Of a stretch of 64,000 nucleotides of DNA, positions 20,592 through 29,248 are shown piece by piece. The DNA is from Candidatus Levyibacteriota bacterium (GTDB taxonomy: Bacteria; Patescibacteriota; Microgenomatia; Levybacterales; UBA12049), in NCBI GenBank assembly GCA_052034235.1, contig JBPOIT010000011.1:37756-101755 (forward strand), in the 5' to 3' direction. The notes under the pieces are model-generated. The model did not search any database, was not told the DNA's origin, and worked only from the letters and a program-made list of their open reading frames with translations. A program made the position numbers and the translations under genes. The number at the start of each line of letters is the position of its first letter. Position 1 is the first letter of the stretch.

Positions 20592-21497
20592 TTAATATTC
20601 TTCCGGTGCACTATACTCGACCGGAGGCTGAGAATCAAATTCGGATTGAGCAGTATCTGCCTCTTTTTGATATTGTTCCATCATTTTTTGAACATCTTCA
20701 TTATTCATATCCGGAGTGCTGCTATCAAAAGTGTTCGGTTCACCTTCTTTAACAGGTGAAGGTTCAGATATCGATACTTTTCCATAAGTATAAACGGACT
20801 CATTTACCATACCGCTTTTATCTTCCATTCTCATTTTTCTCATTAAATAATCTTTATCATCAAACCAAATATACATTTTGGTATCTGTAGAATCAGGACT
20901 GACCATTTCGTATTTAAAACACGTAAGATCACCACAAGGTTCTTTGGCTATAAATTGATATGTGGTATTGTCCTCGAGCGCAGTATTCTCGTCAAAAGTA
21001 TTCTTATCAATTAACTCTTCAGTTGAAGTTTGCTTTGTATCGTCAACTTTAAATGTTTGCTTCCACCATTTATTATCAGAATAATCTAAGGTATAGGTAA
21101 CATCCCCAATTGAGATTGTGTTCATATTTTCCTTGCCGTTCATTTTTGAAGCCATATGAAACTTATCGGTTCCGTCAATTTCATATATTGATTCTGTTGT
21201 CATCTCATCGAATTTGCCAGTTGATGATACTGCGTAGTTCGTTTGTGCCGGAAAATTATTTATGAATTTACAAAGTTCAGGATCGTTGTATTTGCAATTG
21301 GGATTAAGTGCAGGTTTGACAAATGGCAAAGCTGAGCTTCCAGCTCCTCCACCTTTTTGTGTAAAAAAATAAACACCACCAGCACCCACAAGCACAACGG
21401 CAACGATTGCGACAAGTACAATTTTTGAGATTCCTCGGGGTTTAAACGTAGATTTTCTTCTGACAGTTTTCTGTTTCTTTTTAACTATTTTCTTCAT
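20592..21497 (-). CDS. Membrane-anchored extracytoplasmic protein (possible LolA-like beta fold)
   Basis: Basic N-terminus, one TM, beta-rich domain with EPCGDLTCFKY...YIWFD. Confidence 0.6.
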   Translation of the reverse strand: MKKIVKKKQKTVRRKSTFKPRGISKIVLVAIVAVVLVGAGGVYFFTQKGGGAGSSALPFVKPALNPNCKYNDPELCKFINNFPAQTNYAVSSTGKFDEMTTESIYEIDGTDKFHMASKMNGKENMNTISIGDVTYTLDYSDNKWWKQTFKVDDTKQTSTEELIDKNTFDENTALEDNTTYQFIAKEPCGDLTCFKYEMVSPDSTDTKMYIWFDDKDYLMRKMRMEDKSGMVNESVYTYGKVSISEPSPVKEGEPNTFDSSTPDMNNEDVQKMMEQYQKEADTAQSEFDSQPPVEYSAPEEY

Positions 21498-21553
21498 TCT
21501 ATATGTAGCATACGCATTTCACGAATCTATTGTCAATACATGAGTTTTGAGAT

Positions 21554-23509
21554 TTAATTTTCCGGGTTATAAACAGAAAGAAATTCTTTAACCTGCTTAT
21601 GCTCCTCCAAAGTCTTTTTGGCAAGAATATCAATTGAAGAGAGTTTCTTTTCAAATATCTCTGTTTGCGCAAAGAAAGGATTTCTTTGAAGTGCTCGTCT
21701 TGCTTTTGTTGTGTGGTTGAGAATATCACTATAAATTGAAATAATATTTTTTTGCCAAAATTGCTCGTTCGTTTTTGCAACAAGAAGATCGATATTTAAT
21801 GCTAATTCCTGTCCTTTTTTCTGCAAATCTAATAATGCTTTTGCTGCAATTGCATTGATATGTCCATGTCTTAGATCCTCTTCAAAATCGTGCGCATCAT
21901 CATTGAGTTGTCGGGCAATTATATAATGATAGAAAAATTTCAAAAGCAACTTTACTTCTGGTGATTTTCTGTTATATCCTAAAGCAAACAAAACGGCAGT
22001 AGGCGCAATTGCATGACCCATTGAACGTTTAGCCAGCATTTCATATTTCCCATATTCAGGCACGTGAATATCGCCGATCCTAACAATCCCTGAAACATTT
22101 ATTCTGCATGTCTTAACCTCCCAACTATTTGCTAATTCTAACTCGTCCATTGTCTGGTGAAAAAATGTAAGAAACTCATCATTGTTTTCTAGAACTGTTG
22201 TGAATATTATGGTTAATTCCCGAAGTGCAATGTTTGCAATTGGCAGCATTTTAGCCTCTCCTTCCCCATCCAAAAAATCATCGTAAATTGTATAGGCAAT
22301 CCAACCATATAAACTTGCAGATCCCAAAATGATTATTTTTTCTATAGGGACTGTTTTATGAGTATTCTTACGACTAGCTAAAATTAAATATGGCAGAGCA
22401 GTTATTTCTGAACCCATCGCTCCATTAATTGTTTGGTTAATAATCGAATGGGCATCAGTTTTTAATTTGCTACTCTCTCGAATAAATCTACGAGAAACAC
22501 GACGAACCACTGCGTCTTGCACACGAACTACTTCAGTTAATTCATCATCAGTTGCGTTTTGTTTACTACTTTTCGTAAGCAATTTGTTATACTTTTCTAT
22601 TGCAAGTAAACAAAATGTAGTCGTTAATGCTTTCGAACCTGCATAATGCTTTTTTCCATCCATGACTGGATCTACGTAAAATCCAAAAGGATTCCATGCT
22701 CCACTTCGTTGTTGTGATACTAAATATTTTATATCTGCTTCAACTTTAGAAGGCGGCATTTTAAAATTAAGAAGCGCTAAAACGATAAGAGCACGAAGCA
22801 TTGGATTATCAATATGTTTATTCTTTAAATTAAGTAATATATCAATAAGTAACTTTTTTTTCTGACCCTTATACCAACGTGAAATAGAATAAATGACGGG
22901 AATTTCAGAATTATAATAAGGTGAGTTTATTTTATTATATTTAATGGCTGTATCGACGAAATTTACGAGACGAGGAAGTTCAATTTCTTGCAACGCAAGG
23001 AAATATGCAATGTTGCTATTAACGACAATATCTACATCCTTCCAAACAGATGATGCGTCTTCTGAAACTAACCATGTTTTATATGGTCCCCCTTCTTTGA
23101 CTTCAAGCACTGTCAATAGTGAAATAATACGTGCTAATGCAGCTCCATCCAATAATTTCGGATTAAATTCGTATAGCGCCGCTAGTGCACAAAAGGTATC
23201 ATCTAAATCATCAGGATAAGGAAATCTTATCGATTCTTTTGAATTACGTTCCCAATAATTAAATGACCAATTTTCTGTTCTTTGTGAAAGTAAATATGAG
23301 GCCGCTTTCTTTTTCATTTTTTTAATTTGCAAATTATCATCAATGTGATTCAAACACGTGAGTATCAACGCCGTTGGAAAAATTGAGTGTAATTTCTTTG
23401 AAGAACTAAAATCATCGGGGTTAGAAGATGAATAACTTATAAAACAACCATTTGCACGCTGTTGGCTTTCAAGAAAAGCAATCCCCTTCTCTATCGATTT
23501 TTTATACAT
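21554..23509 (-). CDS. Bifunctional class II terpene cyclase / class I (ComQ-like) isoprenyl transferase fusion
   Basis: N-half: QW-like repeats (FLESQQRANG, YLLSQR, YLVSQQRSGAW) and DLDDT; C-half: IYDDFLD and RQLNDDAHDFEED. Confidence 0.8.
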   Translation of the reverse strand: MYKKSIEKGIAFLESQQRANGCFISYSSSNPDDFSSSKKLHSIFPTALILTCLNHIDDNLQIKKMKKKAASYLLSQRTENWSFNYWERNSKESIRFPYPDDLDDTFCALAALYEFNPKLLDGAALARIISLLTVLEVKEGGPYKTWLVSEDASSVWKDVDIVVNSNIAYFLALQEIELPRLVNFVDTAIKYNKINSPYYNSEIPVIYSISRWYKGQKKKLLIDILLNLKNKHIDNPMLRALIVLALLNFKMPPSKVEADIKYLVSQQRSGAWNPFGFYVDPVMDGKKHYAGSKALTTTFCLLAIEKYNKLLTKSSKQNATDDELTEVVRVQDAVVRRVSRRFIRESSKLKTDAHSIINQTINGAMGSEITALPYLILASRKNTHKTVPIEKIIILGSASLYGWIAYTIYDDFLDGEGEAKMLPIANIALRELTIIFTTVLENNDEFLTFFHQTMDELELANSWEVKTCRINVSGIVRIGDIHVPEYGKYEMLAKRSMGHAIAPTAVLFALGYNRKSPEVKLLLKFFYHYIIARQLNDDAHDFEEDLRHGHINAIAAKALLDLQKKGQELALNIDLLVAKTNEQFWQKNIISIYSDILNHTTKARRALQRNPFFAQTEIFEKKLSSIDILAKKTLEEHKQVKEFLSVYNPEN

Positions 23510-23513
23510 ACAA

Positions 23514-25004
23514 TTACTTTTTTTTAGATTTATTTTTCGTTTTCTTTTTAAGTTTAAGAGACGGATTAAATATCAAGGTAAACGTTGTTCCTGCACCTTC
23601 TTTACTTATTACTTCTATTGATCCTTTAAATTCTTTTTCTACAATATCTTTACAAAGCGCGAGTCCTATACCCGTTCCTTTTTCAAAACTTTTCGTGGTA
23701 AAAAGAGGATCATAAATTTTAGGAATAATACTTGCAGGAATACCAGAACCCCAATCCTGTATTGAGATAATCACAGATCCTTTACTTTTGTTCATTGTGA
23801 TTTTAATTTTATTATTTTCATGATCTATTTTATCGTAGGAATCTATACCATTTGAAATAATATTTGTGACAAGCTGATTGAACTTTAAAGGATTTCCAAA
23901 GAGTTTCACCTCACTTTGAGACTCATATATGATTTTTATATCCTCATGTGATGCTTTATACGTCAACATTTGAATCACTTGTTTTATTTCATCATTCAGT
24001 GAAAATTCCTGACTGATATCTTGGGTTTGGATTTGTTTCCTGGCTGCTCTTAAATAGCTTTCAATTCTTTCAGTTCCTATTTGTGCGCGATTCAAAGACG
24101 AATAAAGTTTTTCCTGAATTTGTATATGCTCGCTGTTCCTTCGTGCTTGTTCTAAATTTAAGGAGATAACATTTAATGGAGCCACCAATTCATGAAATAA
24201 ACCTGAAGATAATCTACCAAATTCTGCAAAGCGATAAAGCTGCATCAGTTTTTCAACCTGAACTTTTTTCAATTCCTGGGTCCTCTCTGCTACCATGACT
24301 TCTAACTGATCACGCTGTTTTTTCAAAGCAAGTTCTGACGACCGTGCACGTCTTAAAGCCTTTTCCATTTCACGATTATACAGCCATGAAATGAGTGCGA
24401 TTATAAAAAGAATGACTGTATACACAGTAACATCCGCTATAGTCGCTGGTAATTGTGTCCATGAAGTATTAAACGTAATAATGTGGTTCTCATAAGCAAA
24501 TAACAAGACTAATAATGTTAAGGATATAAGAATCGTAGCAAAAAGTGCAAATGATGAACTAATGAGAATTCCACCCATAATAATTACTAGGACATATGTA
24601 AGTAACGCAGAGGGAATATCTATTCCCCAGGTATAACTGGTATAAGTCGCTCCTAGGAAAAAAAGCGTTAGTAGAAAATAAGCAGCATATCGGTATTTGC
24701 CTTTATGCGAGAAATAATAATTAAGAAGTAATACAAAAAAAATACAGGAAGGAATTATTGATGATTCACCAACGAAAGCACTCCCTGTATTAGAATCTAC
24801 AACATCCGTAATAAGAGCAGATATAACTGCAACAAAGGTCAAACCTAATGCTGAGGTAAGAAGGATATTCAAAATGAATTTTCTTCTTGCCACATCCTTA
24901 TTATTTGATTTCGACTCAATAAATACTTTATATAATTTCTTTAATTTATAAAGTACGACGTGAGCTATATCAGATGATGTAAATGTATTCTTTATTATTG
25001 CCAT
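23514..25004 (-). CDS. Polytopic (~6 TM) sensor histidine kinase, candidate peptide-pheromone receptor
   Basis: Six hydrophobic segments without a large external loop; FHELVAPL H-box; NIISNGID, DWGSGI, GTGIGL; ATG overlaps the end of the upstream peptide ORF. Confidence 0.9.
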   Translation of the reverse strand: MAIIKNTFTSSDIAHVVLYKLKKLYKVFIESKSNNKDVARRKFILNILLTSALGLTFVAVISALITDVVDSNTGSAFVGESSIIPSCIFFVLLLNYYFSHKGKYRYAAYFLLTLFFLGATYTSYTWGIDIPSALLTYVLVIIMGGILISSSFALFATILISLTLLVLLFAYENHIITFNTSWTQLPATIADVTVYTVILFIIALISWLYNREMEKALRRARSSELALKKQRDQLEVMVAERTQELKKVQVEKLMQLYRFAEFGRLSSGLFHELVAPLNVISLNLEQARRNSEHIQIQEKLYSSLNRAQIGTERIESYLRAARKQIQTQDISQEFSLNDEIKQVIQMLTYKASHEDIKIIYESQSEVKLFGNPLKFNQLVTNIISNGIDSYDKIDHENNKIKITMNKSKGSVIISIQDWGSGIPASIIPKIYDPLFTTKSFEKGTGIGLALCKDIVEKEFKGSIEVISKEGAGTTFTLIFNPSLKLKKKTKNKSKKK

Positions 25005-25102
25005 GGTCTTGCGACAACTGGAGTTACCAACGCAACTAATGTCAACGCTGTAACACTTCTGGCAGCTTTACTTGTTAGGGTTTTCTTTAATATTTCTTTC
25101 AT
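24995..25102 (-). CDS. 35-aa ComX-like precursor peptide MKEILKKTLTSKAARSVTALTLVALVTPVVARPWQ
   Basis: Strong SD GAAAGGAGGTGA ending ~4 nt before ATG; fills the RR-HK gap; overlaps HK start (ccATGgcaaTAA); penultimate Trp. Confidence 0.85.
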   Translation of the reverse strand: MKEILKKTLTSKAARSVTALTLVALVTPVVARPWQ

Positions 25103-25106
25103 TTTA

Positions 25107-25125
25107 TCACCTCCTTTCTATTATA
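25107..25125 (-). promoter_or_regulatory. TATAAT -10-like box plus strong SD for the peptide gene
   Basis: Minus strand TATAATAGAAAGGAGGTGATAAAATG. Confidence 0.65.
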
Positions 25126-25146
25126 CTATTTGTTCTAGAATAAGTG

Positions 25147-25815
25147 TTAAGCTTCTAATTTGTAACCCATACCGTGAACTGTTTTTATAAGTTTTTTGTC
25201 AAAAGCTTTATCAATGTGATCTCGGAGGTATTTAATGTGAACATCAATAGTGTTCGTTGAGGGCTCCTCGACTGTACTCCATACATGATCCAGAATCATT
25301 TCTCTCGTAATAATTCTTCCAACATTCCTAGCAAGGTATTCAAGTAAATAAAACTCTTTCTTTCTCAGTGAAATTCTTTTTCCCTCTCTTGATACCCTCT
25401 GATTATTTAAATCAATTTCAAGATCAGCGATCGAAATTATATTTGACTGAAGTGCTTGAGCAGGTCTTCTAAGCAAAGCACGTATCCGCGCTAATAATTC
25501 GTCCATATGAAAGGGTTTTGTGAGGTAATCATCAGCACCGGCGTTGAGTGCATCCACTTTTTTTGCAACAGCATCTTCTCCAGTTAACATTAATACAGGG
25601 ATAGTTTTCCCACCTTCTCTAATAATTCTACAAACTTCCAACCCACTCATGCCTGGCAGATTAAAATCAACAATAATGATGTCATATTCATTAACAAATG
25701 CTGCATATTCTCCTTCTTCCCCAGATAGAGCTATATCAACAACATAATTTTCTTCTAACTCTTCTTTAAGAGTCTGGGCTAAAACATTATCATCTTCTAT
25801 CAACAATATTTTCAT
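25147..25815 (-). CDS. OmpR/PhoB family response regulator
   Basis: ILLIEDD, IIVDFNLPGMSG, GADDYLTKPF, winged-helix TIDVHIKYLR...TVHGMGY. Confidence 0.97.
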   Translation of the reverse strand: MKILLIEDDNVLAQTLKEELEENYVVDIALSGEEGEYAAFVNEYDIIIVDFNLPGMSGLEVCRIIREGGKTIPVLMLTGEDAVAKKVDALNAGADDYLTKPFHMDELLARIRALLRRPAQALQSNIISIADLEIDLNNQRVSREGKRISLRKKEFYLLEYLARNVGRIITREMILDHVWSTVEEPSTNTIDVHIKYLRDHIDKAFDKKLIKTVHGMGYKLEA

Positions 25816-25832
25816 GAGTAAAATTCGGTATC

Positions 25833-25881
25833 AGTATACCAGATGAAACACTACTAAAACTTTATTAAATTTTTATTAAAT
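25833..25881 (-). promoter_or_regulatory. Extended -10 (TGGTATACT) with an 11-bp-period direct repeat at the -35 region
   Basis: tttattaaat at 25861 and 25872. Confidence 0.45.
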
Positions 25882-26120
25882 GATGAATTATTTACATAAA
25901 TATTACATTTCTGTCATGCTTTTACAATATCAAAGGTATATAGTTAAATTTAAGAATGATACTTAAAGCACAAGGAAAATTTGTGTTTAATTGTTGTTTT
26001 CTTTTTAAGATTGTTTAATCTCTTATGTCGAATTCTTATTTTAATTTAGTTCAATTTGTTGTATACGGGGCAATATTCAGTTTTTATTTTATTATACTGG
26101 AATCAATATTTAACTAAATA

Positions 26121-27155
26121 TTATAGTCCTGAAAGGTCACGAATTTCTTTTTCGCTAAAAGGAGTTATCTTACTTGTAAGTACCGTATTTAATTTTGTGA
26201 TCACAGCATTTGCTATAAATCCATTCACAACCGTGCCTGTATGAACACCATCTTCAAGATAAAAATTATTAGGATTATTGCTTAACATTACTCGCTCAAT
26301 CTGAACTCCGTCAACCGTAAACTGACCACTATCATCCTTTCTGAATAACTCTTTATAGACAGCATTTATATCCACCGTCATCAGATTTTCTTCCTGAGCA
26401 AACTTGTCAATTTCTGCATTCGTATCATTTATAACTTCTGTTACAAAAATTCGCTGTTGTGGCAACGGAAAAGCAACCTTCACTCCTAGATGATTGCCCC
26501 AATCAGGAATTTTGATAAGTACAATTCTGACATCCCCTGCATCTTTGAGCGTGTATACTATTGTTTTAATATCTGCAAGGATATGGTTCTCAATGCTTTT
26601 TTTTGCTGAGTTAGTAAGGTTACCGCTATAAATAGCTTCGTAATGTTCATGTGGCATATAAGGCGAAAAATCAAGCGCCCCTATAAAAACAACGACGACA
26701 TTAACTTTACCTTCTTTTATTTGTTGTGCAGCTCCTATATGCTGCCCGCTTTCTATCACACTATTCGAAGTCGCACCTGTTCTTGCCCAGTTATATTCAT
26801 AACCGTCTCGTCTAGGCTCTTCACGCCTCCCCCACTCACCGACGTTTACATTTCTATATTTGGATAACAGTTCAACCCAGTTATATGTCGTAGAAGCATA
26901 ATTACTCCCCCGCCAGTCATCAGCACGGTATTCGTCCGATTGACTGTCTCCAAGTACCGCCATGCCCTTCATAGTGAGCGGTGCGGGGGTCGCTGACGGA
27001 ATGAGGTATTGAAGTCTATCACTCACCAAACCAGGATTCTGAAATGTGAAAATCGTAGCAGCTAATGAACCTAAGCTAATCACTGCCATCAAAAAAATGC
27101 CGAGAATTTTTATGACTCTTATAACGTGATTAATGTTTTTATTATTTTTCTTCAC
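26121..27155 (-). CDS. Membrane-anchored SGNH/GDSL hydrolase
   Basis: VLGDSQSD block I, NWARTGAT, DGVH catalytic motif. Confidence 0.85.
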   Translation of the reverse strand: MKKNNKNINHVIRVIKILGIFLMAVISLGSLAATIFTFQNPGLVSDRLQYLIPSATPAPLTMKGMAVLGDSQSDEYRADDWRGSNYASTTYNWVELLSKYRNVNVGEWGRREEPRRDGYEYNWARTGATSNSVIESGQHIGAAQQIKEGKVNVVVVFIGALDFSPYMPHEHYEAIYSGNLTNSAKKSIENHILADIKTIVYTLKDAGDVRIVLIKIPDWGNHLGVKVAFPLPQQRIFVTEVINDTNAEIDKFAQEENLMTVDINAVYKELFRKDDSGQFTVDGVQIERVMLSNNPNNFYLEDGVHTGTVVNGFIANAVITKLNTVLTSKITPFSEKEIRDLSGL

Positions 27156-27207
27156 ATATCTATTCTACCAAAAAAAAATTCTTCGTATTGTATGCTAGAA
27201 TACGATC

Positions 27208-27528
27208 ATGGCCTCAAAGCAGACTACTGTCGATTTTATTACAGAACAAATTGCTGGAGCAGGACAAATTCGCTCAAGGAAAATGTTTGGCGAATATACA
27301 ATTTATTGTAATGAAAAAGTCGTAGCACTCGTTTGTGATGATAAATTATTTGTAAAACCAACCAAAGCCGGCAGACTTTTTATCGAAACTGTTGAAGAAG
27401 GTGAACCATATCCCGGCGCCAAAGCTTACTTTCATATATCTGGAGACTACTGGGAAGACAGACAATGGCTTACTGAATTAATTGCAAAAACCGCCGAAGA
27501 ACTACCACTTCCAAAACCAAAAAAATAG
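27208..27528 (+). CDS. TfoX/Sxy N-terminal domain protein
   Basis: RKMFGEYTIY...ALVCDDKLFVKPT...PYPGAK. Confidence 0.9.
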   Translation: MASKQTTVDFITEQIAGAGQIRSRKMFGEYTIYCNEKVVALVCDDKLFVKPTKAGRLFIETVEEGEPYPGAKAYFHISGDYWEDRQWLTELIAKTAEELPLPKPKK

Positions 27529-27529
27529 C

Positions 27530-27557
27530 AAAAAGGCGGGTGTTACCCCGCCTTTTT
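27530..27557. terminator. Bidirectional intrinsic terminator
   Basis: aaaaaggcggg-tgttac-cccgccttttt between convergent genes. Confidence 0.9.
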
Positions 27558-27584
27558 AAAAGCTCTAAGTAAAAAAACCCCAAA

Positions 27585-28223
27585 CTATTTCTTCTTTCGT
27601 GAACTCAGAAAGAGAGCTCCACCGGATAGCGCAAGTGCAACAACACTGAGTGCTGTTGGCAGACTTGCATCTGTCGAGGCTGGTTTTTCCGTTTCGGAAT
27701 GACTGCCTTCAGCTAAAGCGAGATCATTAACGATCTTCGTTTCAGAATATGGCTTTACATCGTGATCGTCATGATCCTGGCTCGGTGCCTGATCCCAAGC
27801 AACCACTTCTCCATCCGAATAGGTTTGATATGCCTTCCATTGCAATGTTGTTTCTTCAGCAGGTACTTGTGCACTGAATAGAAATTCATCACGCTGACCA
27901 GCAGGAATAGATCCGCCCGTCCAGATAATCTCTGTAACAACTGCTGCTTCTCCTTCTCCAGATTTTTTGACTTCAATCGTCCATCCCGGTTTTACATTGG
28001 GAGTCACATACTGCAGCCCGCTAGGAATAACAAGACGCAACGCAACTGTAGGTACATCTTTTTCATTAGGAACCCCTGTCGTAAATGTTTGGAATGCAGC
28101 TGAACCAACTTGATTTGGTTTTACTGTGACATGCGCTGAAACAAAGGCCGCACTCATTAAAAAGACGCCAGTCAATGCAACACTTACTACTGTTTTTGTT
28201 ATATTCTTTTTTTGATTTTTCAT
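27585..28223 (-). CDS. YcnI (DUF1775) family copper-binding surface protein
   Basis: Signal peptide then N-terminal His (SA/HVTV), VPNE, KPGW, YQTYSDGEVVAW, C-terminal TM; SD GAAAGGAGGTG. Confidence 0.9.
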   Translation of the reverse strand: MKNQKKNITKTVVSVALTGVFLMSAAFVSAHVTVKPNQVGSAAFQTFTTGVPNEKDVPTVALRLVIPSGLQYVTPNVKPGWTIEVKKSGEGEAAVVTEIIWTGGSIPAGQRDEFLFSAQVPAEETTLQWKAYQTYSDGEVVAWDQAPSQDHDDHDVKPYSETKIVNDLALAEGSHSETEKPASTDASLPTALSVVALALSGGALFLSSRKKK

Positions 28224-28317
28224 TTATATACACACCTCCTTTCTTTTCCTCATGTGATATGAGTTTTAGACTCGATAAGTTGTTACTTACCGGTGAAAAC
28301 CTTAGAGCTTTTGGGAA

Positions 28318-28677
28318 TTACACAATTTCTGGTGGAGACCGAGGAGAATGATGAAGAGTAACGAAAGGAATATATCTTTGCGGCTGGCATGTTAACTTAT
28401 ATCCATTTAATAAATCACTTTGTGAAAAATCTAAAATATTTGTAATAACCGCAAATTGAGGTAAACAACATGCATGCACTTGTACGTGAGATATCGTTTC
28501 ATCATGAGCCATAAAAAGCATCATCACCGGCACATGATGAAAAGCTATAAAGACGAGCAAGACGCATGAAAGCAAGGCGTGTTGCGTATGAAGTATGTTT
28601 ATTTTATCGCGGAAAAGCCAAAGAAGTAAAACAGCAGGTACAGCAGAAAAAATGATGTGATAAACGTGTTCGTGCAT
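28318..28677 (-). CDS. His/Cys-rich small membrane protein with C-terminal RSPP (DUF2946/CruR/CutF-like)
   Basis: Two TMs, HACC, ends HHSPRSPPEIV; directly upstream of ycnI. Confidence 0.6.
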   Translation of the reverse strand: MHEHVYHIIFSAVPAVLLLWLFRDKINILHTQHALLSCVLLVFIAFHHVPVMMLFMAHDETISHVQVHACCLPQFAVITNILDFSQSDLLNGYKLTCQPQRYIPFVTLHHSPRSPPEIV

Positions 28678-28680
28678 GTA

Positions 28681-29229
28681 TTATCGTTTTGCCTTTTTTG
28701 TGTGTTTTTTGTAGAGTACCAATGAGACAAGTGAAAAACCAATAATTCCCACACTAAAATGAGGCAAATGATCTAAGAACCAGTTACTCTTCTTTTCTGT
28801 CACGGTATCACTGTTCCGTTCCACTCGCTGGTTAAAAGAAAGCGTAAAATCATCAAATGCTCCAGCAGACAAAGGCTTACCTGTAATTTTTATAACGTAC
28901 ACGCCTCGTTTGGGGAATGCATAATAAACGCTGGCATTTGTAAGACTCGGCTGTGAATTATTTTGAAACAATGGCTGGCTGTAAAGTTCTTGGCCGTTAC
29001 TTGTAACTGAAAATGTACATTCACATAACTTGGGATCAAAAGTATTTTTTTTATCTTTGAATTCAAAATAGAAACTACTTTCCTCCCCGACGACTGGATC
29101 GTCTTCTGGTTGAATATGCATAACTGCACCAATCGATTCATCAATTTTAAGGACATGCGCTAAATTTGATTGTGGGAATGCCAAGAAAACTGCTAAGAAG
29201 AAAACTATATGAAGAATTATTCTTTTCAT
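28681..29229 (-). CDS. Secreted/membrane-anchored putative metal-binding protein
   Basis: Signal peptide ending LA/HV, GAVMHIQPEDDP, C-terminal TM. Confidence 0.6.
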   Translation of the reverse strand: MKRIILHIVFFLAVFLAFPQSNLAHVLKIDESIGAVMHIQPEDDPVVGEESSFYFEFKDKKNTFDPKLCECTFSVTSNGQELYSQPLFQNNSQPSLTNASVYYAFPKRGVYVIKITGKPLSAGAFDDFTLSFNQRVERNSDTVTEKKSNWFLDHLPHFSVGIIGFSLVSLVLYKKHTKKAKR

Positions 29230-29248
29230 TACTTTGCCTTATTGTGAA

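Noticed and set aside
27208-27528. TfoX-domain gene as evidence that the peptide system controls competence
   Set aside because: Stand-alone TfoX_N proteins are widespread, it is on the opposite strand with its own promoter, and proximity alone is not evidence.
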